Of a stretch of 64,000 nt of DNA, positions 49,387 through 58,609 are shown piece after piece. The stretch is taken from NCBI GenBank assembly GCA_963724765.1, contig CAVRVY010000003.1, positions 576,001 through 640,000 of the forward strand, written 5' to 3'. Both the position numbers and the translations under genes were made by a program. The notes beneath the pieces were generated by a model. It was not told the DNA's origin. It was given only the letters and a program-made list of their open reading frames with translations, and did no database searches. Each line of letters begins with the position of its first letter. Position 1 is the first letter of the stretch. This stretch comes from an uncultured delta proteobacterium (lineage in GTDB: Bacteria > Desulfobacterota > Binatia > Binatales > Binataceae).

Positions 49387-50271
49387 TTACAGCTTCGCGG
49401 CCGCGTCAACCCACTTGCGCGCCGCTTCCTCGATACCCTTGGCGGCCTCTTCGGGCGTGCGCGGGGCTCGCATGTTGACGATCACGACCTCGTCGACGCC
49501 GGCATCGCGGTAGCGCGCAAGATCGTCGGGCGTGATCGGCTTGGTGTAGGGCGAAACCGCGAGCTCAACATCGGAACGCTTGCGGCCATTGGACTTGAGC
49601 AGCGACTCGATATGGCGAATTTTGTCCGCCGCCTCGCCGGGGTCGAGATTGAAACCGCACCATCCATTGCCATACTCGGCGACGCGGCGCAGCGCCGGGC
49701 CGCTCTCGCCGCCGAAGTAGACCGGCAGATTGGCGCCGCGCACCGGCTTGGGAAAGCTGCGGACGTTTTCGAAATTCACGAACTCGCCCTTATAAGAGCT
49801 GAGCGAGTCGCCCCACAACCGGCGCATCGCTTCGATATACTCGCGGGTGCGATGCGCGCGCCGCTCCCACGGGATTCCCAGCGCGCGGAACTCCTCCTCA
49901 AGCCACCCCACGCCAACGCCAAGCAGGAAGCGGCCTTCGCTCAGCGCATCGAGCGTCGCGACCACCTTGGCCAGCACCAGCGGATTGTGCTCGGGGACCA
50001 GGCAGATACCGGTGGCAAGGCGAATCTTCTCCGTTACCGACGCCATCGTGCACAGGGTCAGGAATGGATCGGCGATCGGCGCGTCGGCCGGCGCGGGCAA
50101 GGTGCCGTCGTCGCGGTAGGGATAGCGCGAGGCGTATGAATCGAGCAGCACCACGTGCTCGGGCGCCCACAGCGTCGAAAAGCCGGCCCGCTCGGCGCTC
50201 TGCGCGAACGCCTTCATCACCGCCATTCCACCCACCCGTCCCGAGACGACCGCGAAAAGTCCGACCTTCAT
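49387..50271 (-). CDS. LLM-class (probably F420-dependent) oxidoreductase
   Basis: WAPEHVV, ADPF, GRFLLGVGVGW and PKP motifs. ATG at 50271. Confidence 0.9.
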   Translation of the reverse strand: MKVGLFAVVSGRVGGMAVMKAFAQSAERAGFSTLWAPEHVVLLDSYASRYPYRDDGTLPAPADAPIADPFLTLCTMASVTEKIRLATGICLVPEHNPLVLAKVVATLDALSEGRFLLGVGVGWLEEEFRALGIPWERRAHRTREYIEAMRRLWGDSLSSYKGEFVNFENVRSFPKPVRGANLPVYFGGESGPALRRVAEYGNGWCGFNLDPGEAADKIRHIESLLKSNGRKRSDVELAVSPYTKPITPDDLARYRDAGVDEVVIVNMRAPRTPEEAAKGIEEAARKWVDAAAKL

Positions 50272-50424
50272 GATGCGATACTCCTTGCGCGCGCCCGTAG
50301 CGGCTTGTTCATTCAAAGCCTCACTTGAAATAATCCTCCAGATAAAAGCAAGCTCAGCAAGAAACAGTTGCCAGCCGCGCGCCCAAAGCCGTCCTCAGCC
50401 GAGTGTCGACGCGACTATTTTTGA

Positions 50425-50988
50425 TTATCCTTTGTTTCGCTCTGCAAAAGCTGCGAACTCCAGGCGCGCCATCTGTTCCTTGGTCCAATGCAGGTGCTCA
50501 TCTTCCTCAGGTTCGACTTCTGAAACAGCAGGTTTGAGCACATCTCGGAGTCGCGAATCGTCGCTCTGGCGAGCAATCTTGCCGAGCATCTCCCAATCGG
50601 CATGGTCTTTGGTTTCCGCCAGAACTATGTTTTCGATGGCATTGAGTTCCGCGGCTTTAGACGGAAGGCCGTCCGGACTGGACATCGTACTCAACAGACC
50701 GTTCGCCTTTTGTTGCGCTACTTTGGCGCCAGGGCTTAGATAGTCGGGATCCAAGCCGAGCTGATCCATCACCCGAACTAAAATGCTCTCGTGCTTGCGC
50801 GTCTGTTCCCGGAAGACCTCGAACTTTTGCGAGACCTGTGAATCGGCTACGATTCTTAGCGCCTCGTCGTACAGCTTCAGTCCGCCTCGTTCCACCGCGA
50901 GGAACTCACTGAGTTTGTCGCCCAGGACTTCCATCGAGATCGTCGCGCTGCTCGCGTAGTCTTCTGCCTTCTCAATAATGTTAGCCAT
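50425..50988 (-). CDS. Ferritin-like four-helix bundle protein
   Basis: ERGG..LY, QTRKHE, ETKDH and EDEH pattern. Confidence 0.8.
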   Translation of the reverse strand: MANIIEKAEDYASSATISMEVLGDKLSEFLAVERGGLKLYDEALRIVADSQVSQKFEVFREQTRKHESILVRVMDQLGLDPDYLSPGAKVAQQKANGLLSTMSSPDGLPSKAAELNAIENIVLAETKDHADWEMLGKIARQSDDSRLRDVLKPAVSEVEPEEDEHLHWTKEQMARLEFAAFAERNKG

Positions 50989-51041
50989 TGATCAGCTCCA
51001 TATCTGCGTTAAAGATCTGGGTTAAATTGAAAGTTTGACGG

Positions 51042-52181
51042 TCAAGCGGCAGGTTTGAGAATAACCTTGGTCCAACCTTCGTCGCGGCTATCGAAATGCC
51101 GATATGCCTGGGCGGCTTCGCTCAGCGAAAGTTGGTGAGACACGATGAAGGAGGGCTTGGCTTTTCCCGCCGCAATGAGATCGCGCAACGCGCGATTGTA
51201 CGCTTTTACATTAGCCTGTCCGGTGCCAACGGTTTGTCCTTTCTTCCAAAGGAGCCCCCATTCGAAAGCGATGCGGCCGTGTTTGCTCAGTTCGTCCGCG
51301 GCGCCAGGATCCTGCGGCACAAACACGCCGACGACTCCGATTTTTCCGGTCGGCCGTACGGATCGGATAACTTTGTTCATCGTCGCATTCGAATCTTCAT
51401 GACCTTGCGGATCGTGCGCCTGGTAGCCGACGCATTCACAACCTTTGTCTGCTCCCTGGCCTTTGGTCATCGATAGAACTCGCTCCACCGCATCCTCCCG
51501 CGAGTCGTCGATTGCGAACGCGCCGATGCTTTCGGCGAGACGCAGACGATCGGGGTGCCTATCGACCACCATGACCATGCTCGCTCCCCTGAGCGTTGCG
51601 GAGTAGGCAGCCAGAAGGCCGACTGGGCCCGCGCCATACACAACCACGGATTCCCCCGGCCGAATGTCCGCCAACTCAGTAGCGTGGTAGCCAGTAGGAA
51701 AAATATCCGAGAGCATTACGTAGTCCGCTTCTTTTTCTTCAGCATCGGGAGGGAGTCGCAGACAATTGAAGTCAGCGTAGGGTACGCGGAGGTATTCGGC
51801 CTGACCTCCCTGGTAAGGACCCATGCCGGCGTAACCATACGCGGCGCCCGCGGCTCCCGGATTGGTGGTCAGGCAGAATCCGGTGAAGCCACGTTCGCAG
51901 TTTCTGCAAAATCCGCAACTTATATTGAACGGAAGACACACCCGGTCACCAACCTTTATCCGATCCACCGCCTCGCCGACTTCGATGACTCGTCCAAGGT
52001 TTTCGTGACCTAACACTTTTCCCTTTTCGACATCTGTGCGGCCTTCATACATATGCAAATCAGAGCCGCAGATGTTCGTGCTGGTAATCTTCACCAACGC
52101 ATCAGTCGGCCTTTCAAGCCGCGCGTCGGAAACTTCTTTTACCTCGACTTTTCGAGGACCGTCGTACACAACAGCCTTCAT
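51042..52181 (-). CDS. Glutathione-independent formaldehyde dehydrogenase family (Zn-MDR)
   Basis: NICGSDLHMY, GHEN, GGQAEYLRVPYAD and LSDIFPTG motifs. Confidence 0.92.
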   Translation of the reverse strand: MKAVVYDGPRKVEVKEVSDARLERPTDALVKITSTNICGSDLHMYEGRTDVEKGKVLGHENLGRVIEVGEAVDRIKVGDRVCLPFNISCGFCRNCERGFTGFCLTTNPGAAGAAYGYAGMGPYQGGQAEYLRVPYADFNCLRLPPDAEEKEADYVMLSDIFPTGYHATELADIRPGESVVVYGAGPVGLLAAYSATLRGASMVMVVDRHPDRLRLAESIGAFAIDDSREDAVERVLSMTKGQGADKGCECVGYQAHDPQGHEDSNATMNKVIRSVRPTGKIGVVGVFVPQDPGAADELSKHGRIAFEWGLLWKKGQTVGTGQANVKAYNRALRDLIAAGKAKPSFIVSHQLSLSEAAQAYRHFDSRDEGWTKVILKPAA

Positions 52182-52253
52182 GATCGGGTACCTCTACGAT
52201 CCATTTGGTAAAGGAGAGCGAGCGTTCAGCCGGGCTGATACGCTCGCTTACGG

Positions 52254-52739
52254 TTAGCGATTCTTGTGACTTTGGCGGCTCGCTTCCGCGTGCTGCTCTG
52301 ATGAACCACCTCGCGTTTTGTCGTCGCTCTCGCGATCTTTCGCACCGGCGTTCCCGGAATCGCTACGGTCGCGTTCATCCGATTGGCCGGCATTTTTATG
52401 GCTTTGCCGGCCCGCTTCTGCATGCTGTTCGGAAGTGCCGCCTCGCGTGCTCTCGGCATGCGAACCACCCTGTTTGGAACCGCGATCATTTTCCTGGTCC
52501 GCCGCCGACTGTCCGCCGTGAGAGTGCTCTCCACCTTTGCGGCCAATCTCGGACATGTGTCCGCGGTCGGAGCTTACCGCCTCACCGCCTTTTCGTCCTG
52601 CTTCACGTGCATCGTCGGGGCTAAATTCGTGCGCTGTTCCTTGCTCGTGCGCGGCGCGCCCGCCTTGACGAGCGATCTCTCGTTGCTTGTCGTCATCCAT
52701 AGATCCAAATCCACGATTGGAGGTGTCCTTTTCGGCCAT
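52254..52739 (-). CDS. KGG-repeat general stress protein (GsiB/YciG-like)
   Basis: RGFGSMD, EIARQGG, AGRKGG and EIGRKGG repeats; AAGGAG RBS. Confidence 0.92.
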   Translation of the reverse strand: MAEKDTSNRGFGSMDDDKQREIARQGGRAAHEQGTAHEFSPDDAREAGRKGGEAVSSDRGHMSEIGRKGGEHSHGGQSAADQENDRGSKQGGSHAESTRGGTSEQHAEAGRQSHKNAGQSDERDRSDSGNAGAKDRESDDKTRGGSSEQHAEASRQSHKNR

Positions 52740-52829
52740 CGTCCCAGTCTCCTTGAAATTAGAGTTTTTGTTCGGGATGGAACGATTTGTGAAGTTGGTG
52801 TTCTCACAAAGCGTTCATCTGAAATAGCC

Positions 52830-52846
52830 TTCAAGTCCTGTGCCTA
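52830..52846 (-). promoter_or_regulatory. Putative sigma54-type promoter (variant -12)
   Basis: Minus strand TAGGCACAGGACTTGAA = GG-N10-GA. Confidence 0.5.
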
Positions 52847-52930
52847 CCGTCCAACGACGGCTCGCGGCCAAGCCGGCTTCACATTTCAGGAAAGAATGGG
52901 TTTGAAATTGAGCTGGCTGAAAAAGCTGCT

Positions 52931-52962
52931 CGGGAGTTTCTTACTCTCCGGGAGTTTTCTAC
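52931..52962. repeat. 14-bp imperfect direct repeat, candidate activator site
   Basis: CGGGAGTTTCTTAC (52931) and CGGGAGTTTTCTAC (52949). Confidence 0.65.
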
Positions 52963-53081
52963 CAAATGGCGCCGTGATTTTTTGACCCGTGGAAAATCTT
53001 CTCGCCATGCACATCGACCGTCGAATTGCTTGAAATTGCCTCGATTGCCGCTGACCAGCCGCCGCGGCGGGCGCGCGGCGC

Positions 53082-54056
53082 TCAGACGTGGTTGCGCAGC
53101 ATCAGCTCGCGGGGATGCGGCTCGAGATAGGTTTGGCCCTTTAGATAGGCGATATCGAAGCGCCGCACCCAATGACGAATCAAGGTCAACGGCACCACCA
53201 GCGGCACCGTTGCGCGCCGATATTCCTCGATCACTTCGCCAAGCTCGCGGCGCGAATCGACGTCGCAACGATCGCGCAGATAGCCGGCGATATGCTGCAT
53301 CACGTTGACGTGGCGCGCCGGCGTAGCCAGCTTCTTCAGCGCCGTCATGAACTCCGCCGAGTAGCGCTCGCGCAGCTCGGCGCGCTCGATGCGCTTGGAC
53401 TGCGCCACCAGTCGTCCCAGTTCGGCATAAGCGCGCGGCGAGTGCGCCATCAGGGTCAGCTTGTGCGCGGTGTGAAAAGCCACCAGCGCGCCGACGGTCC
53501 ATCGGATGTTGCGGGTCGCGAACAGCGCGCGCATCCGATGGTACGCGAAGACCCGCTCGATGAAATTCTCGCGCAGATTCGGATCGTTCAGCCGCCCCTC
53601 CTCCTCGACCGGCAGATTGGGCAGGCGGCGTATCAGCGCCTCGGCGAACAGACCGCGCCCGTCGCGCACCGGCATCCCCGAGCGCCCATAGATACGTACC
53701 CGTTCCATCCCGCAGCTCGGCGAATCCTTCTTCAGCACGTAGCCCGAAAGATCTTCGCGCTCCAAGGCGGCGGCGCGGCGCTCTGCATAGGCGCTCATGA
53801 TTTCGGTCAGGTCGGCGCCGCTCTTGTTGGCGACCATCCGCACCGCGCCGTCGTCGCCGCGGACGAGCCTTAGACTCTCGCGCGGGATGCCGAGGCCGAT
53901 ATCGACCTCGGGGCAGACGGCGACGAATTCGACAAAATCGCCGAGCGTGCCGGTCAGGAAATCGTTGCGCTTATGGCCGCCGTCGAAGCGCACCTCCTGC
54001 CCCAGCAGACAGGAGGAGACGCCGATGCGGATTGCGTCCGAACCGCGGACATCCAT
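53082..54056 (-). CDS. DUF523 + DUF1722 (YbgA) protein
   Basis: GVSSCLLG.VRFDGGH, VCPEV, KKDSPSCG, FHTAHKL and QTYLEPHP motifs. Confidence 0.93.
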   Translation of the reverse strand: MDVRGSDAIRIGVSSCLLGQEVRFDGGHKRNDFLTGTLGDFVEFVAVCPEVDIGLGIPRESLRLVRGDDGAVRMVANKSGADLTEIMSAYAERRAAALEREDLSGYVLKKDSPSCGMERVRIYGRSGMPVRDGRGLFAEALIRRLPNLPVEEEGRLNDPNLRENFIERVFAYHRMRALFATRNIRWTVGALVAFHTAHKLTLMAHSPRAYAELGRLVAQSKRIERAELRERYSAEFMTALKKLATPARHVNVMQHIAGYLRDRCDVDSRRELGEVIEEYRRATVPLVVPLTLIRHWVRRFDIAYLKGQTYLEPHPRELMLRNHV

Positions 54057-54090
54057 AGCTCAATGGTAGCGCGAAAGGGCGCGGGTGATA

Positions 54091-54849
54091 TTACGCCAGC
54101 GCGTGCGGATAGCCCGGCGTCAGCCGCGGCATCGCGAGGCCCACGTTGGCGAGCCGCCGCTCGAGCATCGAGAGATACAGCTCCGTCAATTCGCCATTGT
54201 CGCGCGCCTTGAGCCCGAAACGTATGCAATCGTAGCCAAAGCCGCTGCCAGGCGGACCGAAAAAGTTGGCTGCCGCCGGCAGCCATTGCTTAAGCGCCGC
54301 CGCCACCGCCTCGGGACCGAAGCGATCGACCGCGCTTACGAGTTCGCCCAGCGCGAACATCTCGTGCTCAGCCTCTTCGTCGAGGATGCGCTCGGCGGCG
54401 CGCGCATGCGGCGCGTAGCTGGAATCCCTGTAGTTGATGCCGATCATCAGGAGCCCGGTCATATCGAGGCTGAGCGAAGCCATCAGCAGGTCAAGCTCGC
54501 CGGCCACGCTTTTGGCAAAACGCAGCGGCGCCTCGAACGACGGCGCCTTGAGCGCCGGGATCATCGCGCGATCGGCTTCCTCCTGTGTGATGCCGATGTC
54601 GCGCAGCGCCCGGTAAACGAGTGCTGCGTGGTGGCGTTCCTCGGCCAGATTTTTTTCGATAACCCGGCGAAGCGATTCATTGGTCAGCGTCTCCAGCGCG
54701 CGCTGATAGCCGAGCGCGGTCAGCTTCTCCGCAAGCGCGTGCGCGGCGAGCAGCCGGATGAGGCTCTTGGTGTAGTGCGGATCGACGCGGCGGAGCCTTA
54801 CGTCTTCGGCCTCGATCGTGCGCGCGGGAAATTGACGCCCGGGCGGCAT
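54091..54849 (-). CDS. PaaA/PaaC-family ferritin-like diiron protein
   Basis: AEK, EERHH, SLD, SSYAPHARAAERILDEEAEH and W.P..FFGPP align by eye with PaaA. ATG at 54849. Confidence 0.8.
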   Translation of the reverse strand: MPPGRQFPARTIEAEDVRLRRVDPHYTKSLIRLLAAHALAEKLTALGYQRALETLTNESLRRVIEKNLAEERHHAALVYRALRDIGITQEEADRAMIPALKAPSFEAPLRFAKSVAGELDLLMASLSLDMTGLLMIGINYRDSSYAPHARAAERILDEEAEHEMFALGELVSAVDRFGPEAVAAALKQWLPAAANFFGPPGSGFGYDCIRFGLKARDNGELTELYLSMLERRLANVGLAMPRLTPGYPHALA

Positions 54850-54884
54850 CGTGGTCGTCTCCGTGTTCCTGGCGTGCGCCGCCG

Positions 54885-55331
54885 CTATGCGGCTCGCGCT
54901 CCTTCGCGCGACGGCAGACTCACGGTGGCACTGCCGATGGTGGTCTTCTCGCCCTTGGCATTTTCCAGCCAGATTTCGCAATCGACCAGGTGATCGCTTC
55001 CGGCGGTGTATTTCTTGAGGACCGTGCCCCTGCACACGACCTTGGAGCCCGGCTGATCCATGCCGCGGTATTGCACCGCGAGCTTGCGCAGCCATCCCTT
55101 GGGGCCGGCGAAATCGGTCATCAGCTGGCCCAGAAAGCCGTTTTTGAGCGCGCCATGCAGGATTACACCGGGCAGATTGTTGTTGAGCGCAAAGTCCTTG
55201 TCGTAGTGGATCTGGTAAAAGTCGCCCGAGGCGCCGGCATACTTGACCAACTGTTGGGTGGTGGGATTTTTCTCCAACGCGGGCACTTCGGATCCGGTTT
55301 CGACGTCTTCCCAGTAGGTCTGTTTCGCCAT
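54885..55331 (-). CDS. MaoC-like hotdog dehydratase (HadB-like, catalytic)
   Basis: YAGASGDFYQIH hydratase-2 motif and HG. Confidence 0.9.
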   Translation of the reverse strand: MAKQTYWEDVETGSEVPALEKNPTTQQLVKYAGASGDFYQIHYDKDFALNNNLPGVILHGALKNGFLGQLMTDFAGPKGWLRKLAVQYRGMDQPGSKVVCRGTVLKKYTAGSDHLVDCEIWLENAKGEKTTIGSATVSLPSREGARAA

Positions 55332-55366
55332 CGTGGATTCCTCTTTCGACAGTTCTCGCGCGCGGC

Positions 55367-55816
55367 TCAGTACCGGATCACGGTCGAACGCTGCAAGGCG
55401 CAGGGCCGATTGTACTGGTTGGTGTAGCTGGTCTCGACCGTTATGAAGACCATCGCGCCGAGCCGGCCCGTACTCTCGCGGATGTCGGCGATCTTCGAGA
55501 CTACGCTGATTCGGTCACCGGGACGGATCGGCTCGAAATACTCCCACTCCGAGCCGCCGTCGAGGACGCGAAACTCACCCATGCCGATCTTGACTTCCGG
55601 AATCGCGGCGCCGAGCGAGCGGCAGAAGGTTGGCGGCGCAATCATCCCGCCAAAGCGGGTGTTGCGCGCGGCGGCTTCGTCGTTGAAGAGCGGGTTGGGA
55701 TCGCCGATCGCCTCGGCGAAACGGCGAATCGCGCCGCGCTCGACTTCGACCACGCGCGCCTCGCTCTGCATCCCAATCTGCTTGCGCACCTCGTCGGTCA
55801 CATACTTGTTCGCCAT
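55367..55816 (-). CDS. MaoC N-terminal/FAS1-like dehydratase (HadA-like)
   Basis: VERGAIRRFAEAIGD.NP, APPTF and PIRPGD motifs. ATG at 55816. Confidence 0.9.
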   Translation of the reverse strand: MANKYVTDEVRKQIGMQSEARVVEVERGAIRRFAEAIGDPNPLFNDEAAARNTRFGGMIAPPTFCRSLGAAIPEVKIGMGEFRVLDGGSEWEYFEPIRPGDRISVVSKIADIRESTGRLGAMVFITVETSYTNQYNRPCALQRSTVIRY

Positions 55817-55910
55817 CGCAAAAGTCCTTGTCGAAATGGTCCCCGGGTTAGAGGCTGTGATATCGCGGTACGCGAGCGCCGCCTTGTTACTCAGTTCACC
55901 CCCCGGTCTG

Positions 55911-56348
55911 TCAATAATCACCGACGATCCGGGAGTGATCCCAGCTCGCCCAGCGCTCCGGATGAAACCGCATCACGACGCGCTTTTGCACCTGGCGCAC
56001 CGCGGCCGGATTGTTCGGGTCCGCGCCGGTCAGGCGCAGCACCTCGGCAAGCGCCGCCGGGCCCTCGATCAGCTCGACTCGTCCGCGGACCATCACTCCG
56101 GCGAGTTCCTTGTAAGTGGCGCCGCTCTCGACCAGCACGGTGGCGCGCGGGTCGCGCCTTAAGTTCACGATCTTCTGCGCGCGGGCGTAACTGGTCATCA
56201 TGATCGCGCCGTCCTTGACCGTATACCACATGGCCACGACGTGCGGATAACCGTCATGGCCGTTGGTCGCCAAAGCGCAACTGTGACGCGCGGTGAGGTA
56301 GGCGAGCGCCTGCTCGGGTGTCATCTTGATCGAATTGCGCTGGTTCAT
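55911..56348 (-). CDS. Pyridoxamine 5'-phosphate oxidase-like (PPOX class, possibly F420-dependent) protein
   Basis: LAT..DGYPH, K..NLRRDPR and SWDH motifs. Confidence 0.88.
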   Translation of the reverse strand: MNQRNSIKMTPEQALAYLTARHSCALATNGHDGYPHVVAMWYTVKDGAIMMTSYARAQKIVNLRRDPRATVLVESGATYKELAGVMVRGRVELIEGPAALAEVLRLTGADPNNPAAVRQVQKRVVMRFHPERWASWDHSRIVGDY

Positions 56349-56465
56349 CGGATCTCCCTGCGGCAGGCGGGCGTTTGGCGCGTCCGCGCCCGGTGTTGTC
56401 TAATATGGGGCAGACCAGCGTGCAAGGCGAGTATCCCGTGACCGCAATAGACGGAGGATGTCCCG

Positions 56466-56759
56466 ATGGCGAAACTCGAGAAGGCGGAAATAGAGCGGCG
56501 GCTAAGCGCACTGCCCGGATGGGAATTCAAGGACAATGCGATAAGCAAGCTCTACCGCTTCAAGGAATTTATGGACGGAATCAGGCTCCTCAACCGGGTG
56601 GCCGAGATGGCCGAGGCAGCCGACCATCATCCGGACGTGAAGATAAATTACACTCGTATCACCTTCACCTGCTCCACCCATGACCAGGGCGGTGTAACCG
56701 AGAAGGATTTCAAGCTGGCCTCCCAGATCGAGGATGCGTTCAAGGCCTACGCGAACTAA
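56466..56759 (+). CDS. phhB: Pterin-4-alpha-carbinolamine dehydratase
   Basis: AE..DHHPD, STHD.GG and KDFKLA motifs. Confidence 0.93.
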   Translation: MAKLEKAEIERRLSALPGWEFKDNAISKLYRFKEFMDGIRLLNRVAEMAEAADHHPDVKINYTRITFTCSTHDQGGVTEKDFKLASQIEDAFKAYAN

Positions 56760-56805
56760 TTGTTCTCCGCGGAACAGTTATCCCGTGGGAGGTTTTCGCA
56801 GGGCG

Positions 56806-57447
56806 CTAACCTTTGCGCGGAACGTAGTAGTGCGAACCCGTGCTGGTGCGGTCGATTTCGCGCAGCAGGTCTTCGAGATCGCCCGGGTCGGCGACGAAGT
56901 CTATCTCCGAGCTGTCGACCACCAGCAGCGGCGTCTCGTCGTAATAGAAAAAGAAGTCGCGGTACGCGGCCGAGACCCGCTCGAGGTACTCCAGGCTGAT
57001 ATGCCGCTCGAAGGTGCGGTTGCGCTTGCGCAGCCGCTCGGCGAGAACCTCGACCCGCGCTCGGAGGTAAACCACCAGGTCGGGCCTGGCGAGCTGTCCG
57101 TCGAGCAGGCGGTAGACGCCCTCGTACAGCACCAGTTCGTCGGGGTCGAGGTTGAGCCGGGCGAAGATGCGGTCCTTGGCGAGCAGGTAGTCGGTGACGG
57201 TCGCCTGGGCAAAGAGATCCTGCTGGGCGAGCTGGCGCTGCTGGTTATAGCGGGTCAGCAGGAAGTAGAGCTGAACCGGGAAAGCGTACTTTTCCGGGTC
57301 CTGGTAGAAGCGCGAGATGAATGGGTTGCTGTCGGTATCTTCGAGCACGATGCGCGCGCCGATTCTCAGCCCCAACGCCTGCGCGAGACTGGTCTTACCG
57401 ACGCCTATCGGCCCTTCAATCGCGATATAGCCGCCGCCCCGCCTCAT
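56806..57447 (-). CDS. Deoxynucleoside kinase
   Basis: EGPIGVGKTS, QLYFLL.R and R.R.FE motifs. Confidence 0.93.
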   Translation of the reverse strand: MRRGGGYIAIEGPIGVGKTSLAQALGLRIGARIVLEDTDSNPFISRFYQDPEKYAFPVQLYFLLTRYNQQRQLAQQDLFAQATVTDYLLAKDRIFARLNLDPDELVLYEGVYRLLDGQLARPDLVVYLRARVEVLAERLRKRNRTFERHISLEYLERVSAAYRDFFFYYDETPLLVVDSSEIDFVADPGDLEDLLREIDRTSTGSHYYVPRKG

Positions 57448-57549
57448 CCGGCCGTCGTGCTGCCAACCGCCTCCTCATCGCGCGGCCGCCAGGGCGCGAC
57501 CCGCAATCCGCCGTCGGGCTCACCAATCCGGTTTCTCCCATCTGGCGCG

Positions 57550-58491
57550 CTAATCGGCCGGCATCGGGAGCGGGAAATGCACCCGCTCCTTGGCCACACT
57601 CAGCAACTTCACTGAGGCTCCGTTATTCGCAAACGCGCCGATTATCTGCTCGACCAGCCATTCGGGCGACGACGCGCTGGCCGTGACACCGAGCGCGTAC
57701 ACGCCCTCGAGCATGTCGGCGCGCACGTCGGCCAGTGAGTCGACCAGGAAAGCGCGCGCGCCACGCATGCGAGCGACCTCGACCAGGCGGTTGGCGTTGG
57801 AGCTCTGCTTGGAGCCGACTACCAGGATAGCGTCGCTCTGCTCGACCAGTTCCTTGACCGCGTTCTGGCGATTCTGGGTCGCGTAGCAGATGTCGTCGGT
57901 CTTGGGCGCGACCATTGCCGGGAAACGCCGCTTGAGCGTTTCCATGATTTCGCGCGTGTCGTCCACGCTGAGCGTGGTCTGGGTCACGGCCGCCACCCGC
58001 TCCGGGTCGGGGACCTCGGCCACCTCGGCTTCCTGCACGCTGCCGACTAGCAGCACGCGGCCGGGTGCGACGCCGAGCGTGCCCTTGACCTCCTCGTGGC
58101 CGGCGTGGCCGACGAGAATCACGCTGCGGTTCTCGCGCGCATAGCGCTCGACCTCGAGATGCACCTTGGTGACCAGCGGGCAGGTGGCGTCGATCACGCG
58201 GAGCCCGCGGTCGCGCGCGCGATCCCATTCGCTGGGCGCCACGCCATGCGCGCTGAAGATCACGCGCTGGCCTTCGGGCACTTCGCCGAGGTCTTCGACG
58301 AAAATCGCGCCCTCCTCCACCAGGGCCTCGAGCACGAAGCGGTTGTGCACGATCTGATGGCGGACGTAGAGCGGACGGCCGTAGGTGCGCAACGCGCCGC
58401 GCACGGCCTCGACCGCACGGTCGACGCCGGCGCAAAAGCCGCGCGGCTCGGCCAGGATTATTTTTTCGACGTGATGTTCACTCAGAGACAT
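57550..58491 (-). CDS. ispH: 4-hydroxy-3-methylbut-2-enyl diphosphate reductase
   Basis: RGFCAGV, DATCPLV, DICYATQNRQ and SSN motifs. Confidence 0.97.
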   Translation of the reverse strand: MSLSEHHVEKIILAEPRGFCAGVDRAVEAVRGALRTYGRPLYVRHQIVHNRFVLEALVEEGAIFVEDLGEVPEGQRVIFSAHGVAPSEWDRARDRGLRVIDATCPLVTKVHLEVERYARENRSVILVGHAGHEEVKGTLGVAPGRVLLVGSVQEAEVAEVPDPERVAAVTQTTLSVDDTREIMETLKRRFPAMVAPKTDDICYATQNRQNAVKELVEQSDAILVVGSKQSSNANRLVEVARMRGARAFLVDSLADVRADMLEGVYALGVTASASSPEWLVEQIIGAFANNGASVKLLSVAKERVHFPLPMPAD

Positions 58492-58609
58492 CAGGGCTCC
58501 TGATTAACGCATGCTGGCTGATTCGGTCAACACACCGCTTGGCGAGCATCGCGCTTCCGGTATCAATGTACATCATTACCGAGCTCCCGGCCGACTTGCC
58601 GACTCGCTC

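Noticed and set aside
49202-49513. 103-aa plus-strand ORF after the FlbD-like gene
   Set aside because: TTG start without RBS, runs antisense into the LLM gene, and has no recognisable features.
54850-55095. Possible fusion or extension of the PaaA-like ORF into the MaoC gene
   Set aside because: It is in a different frame, overlaps an intact gene and reads as non-coding; ATG 54849 has a GGAG upstream.
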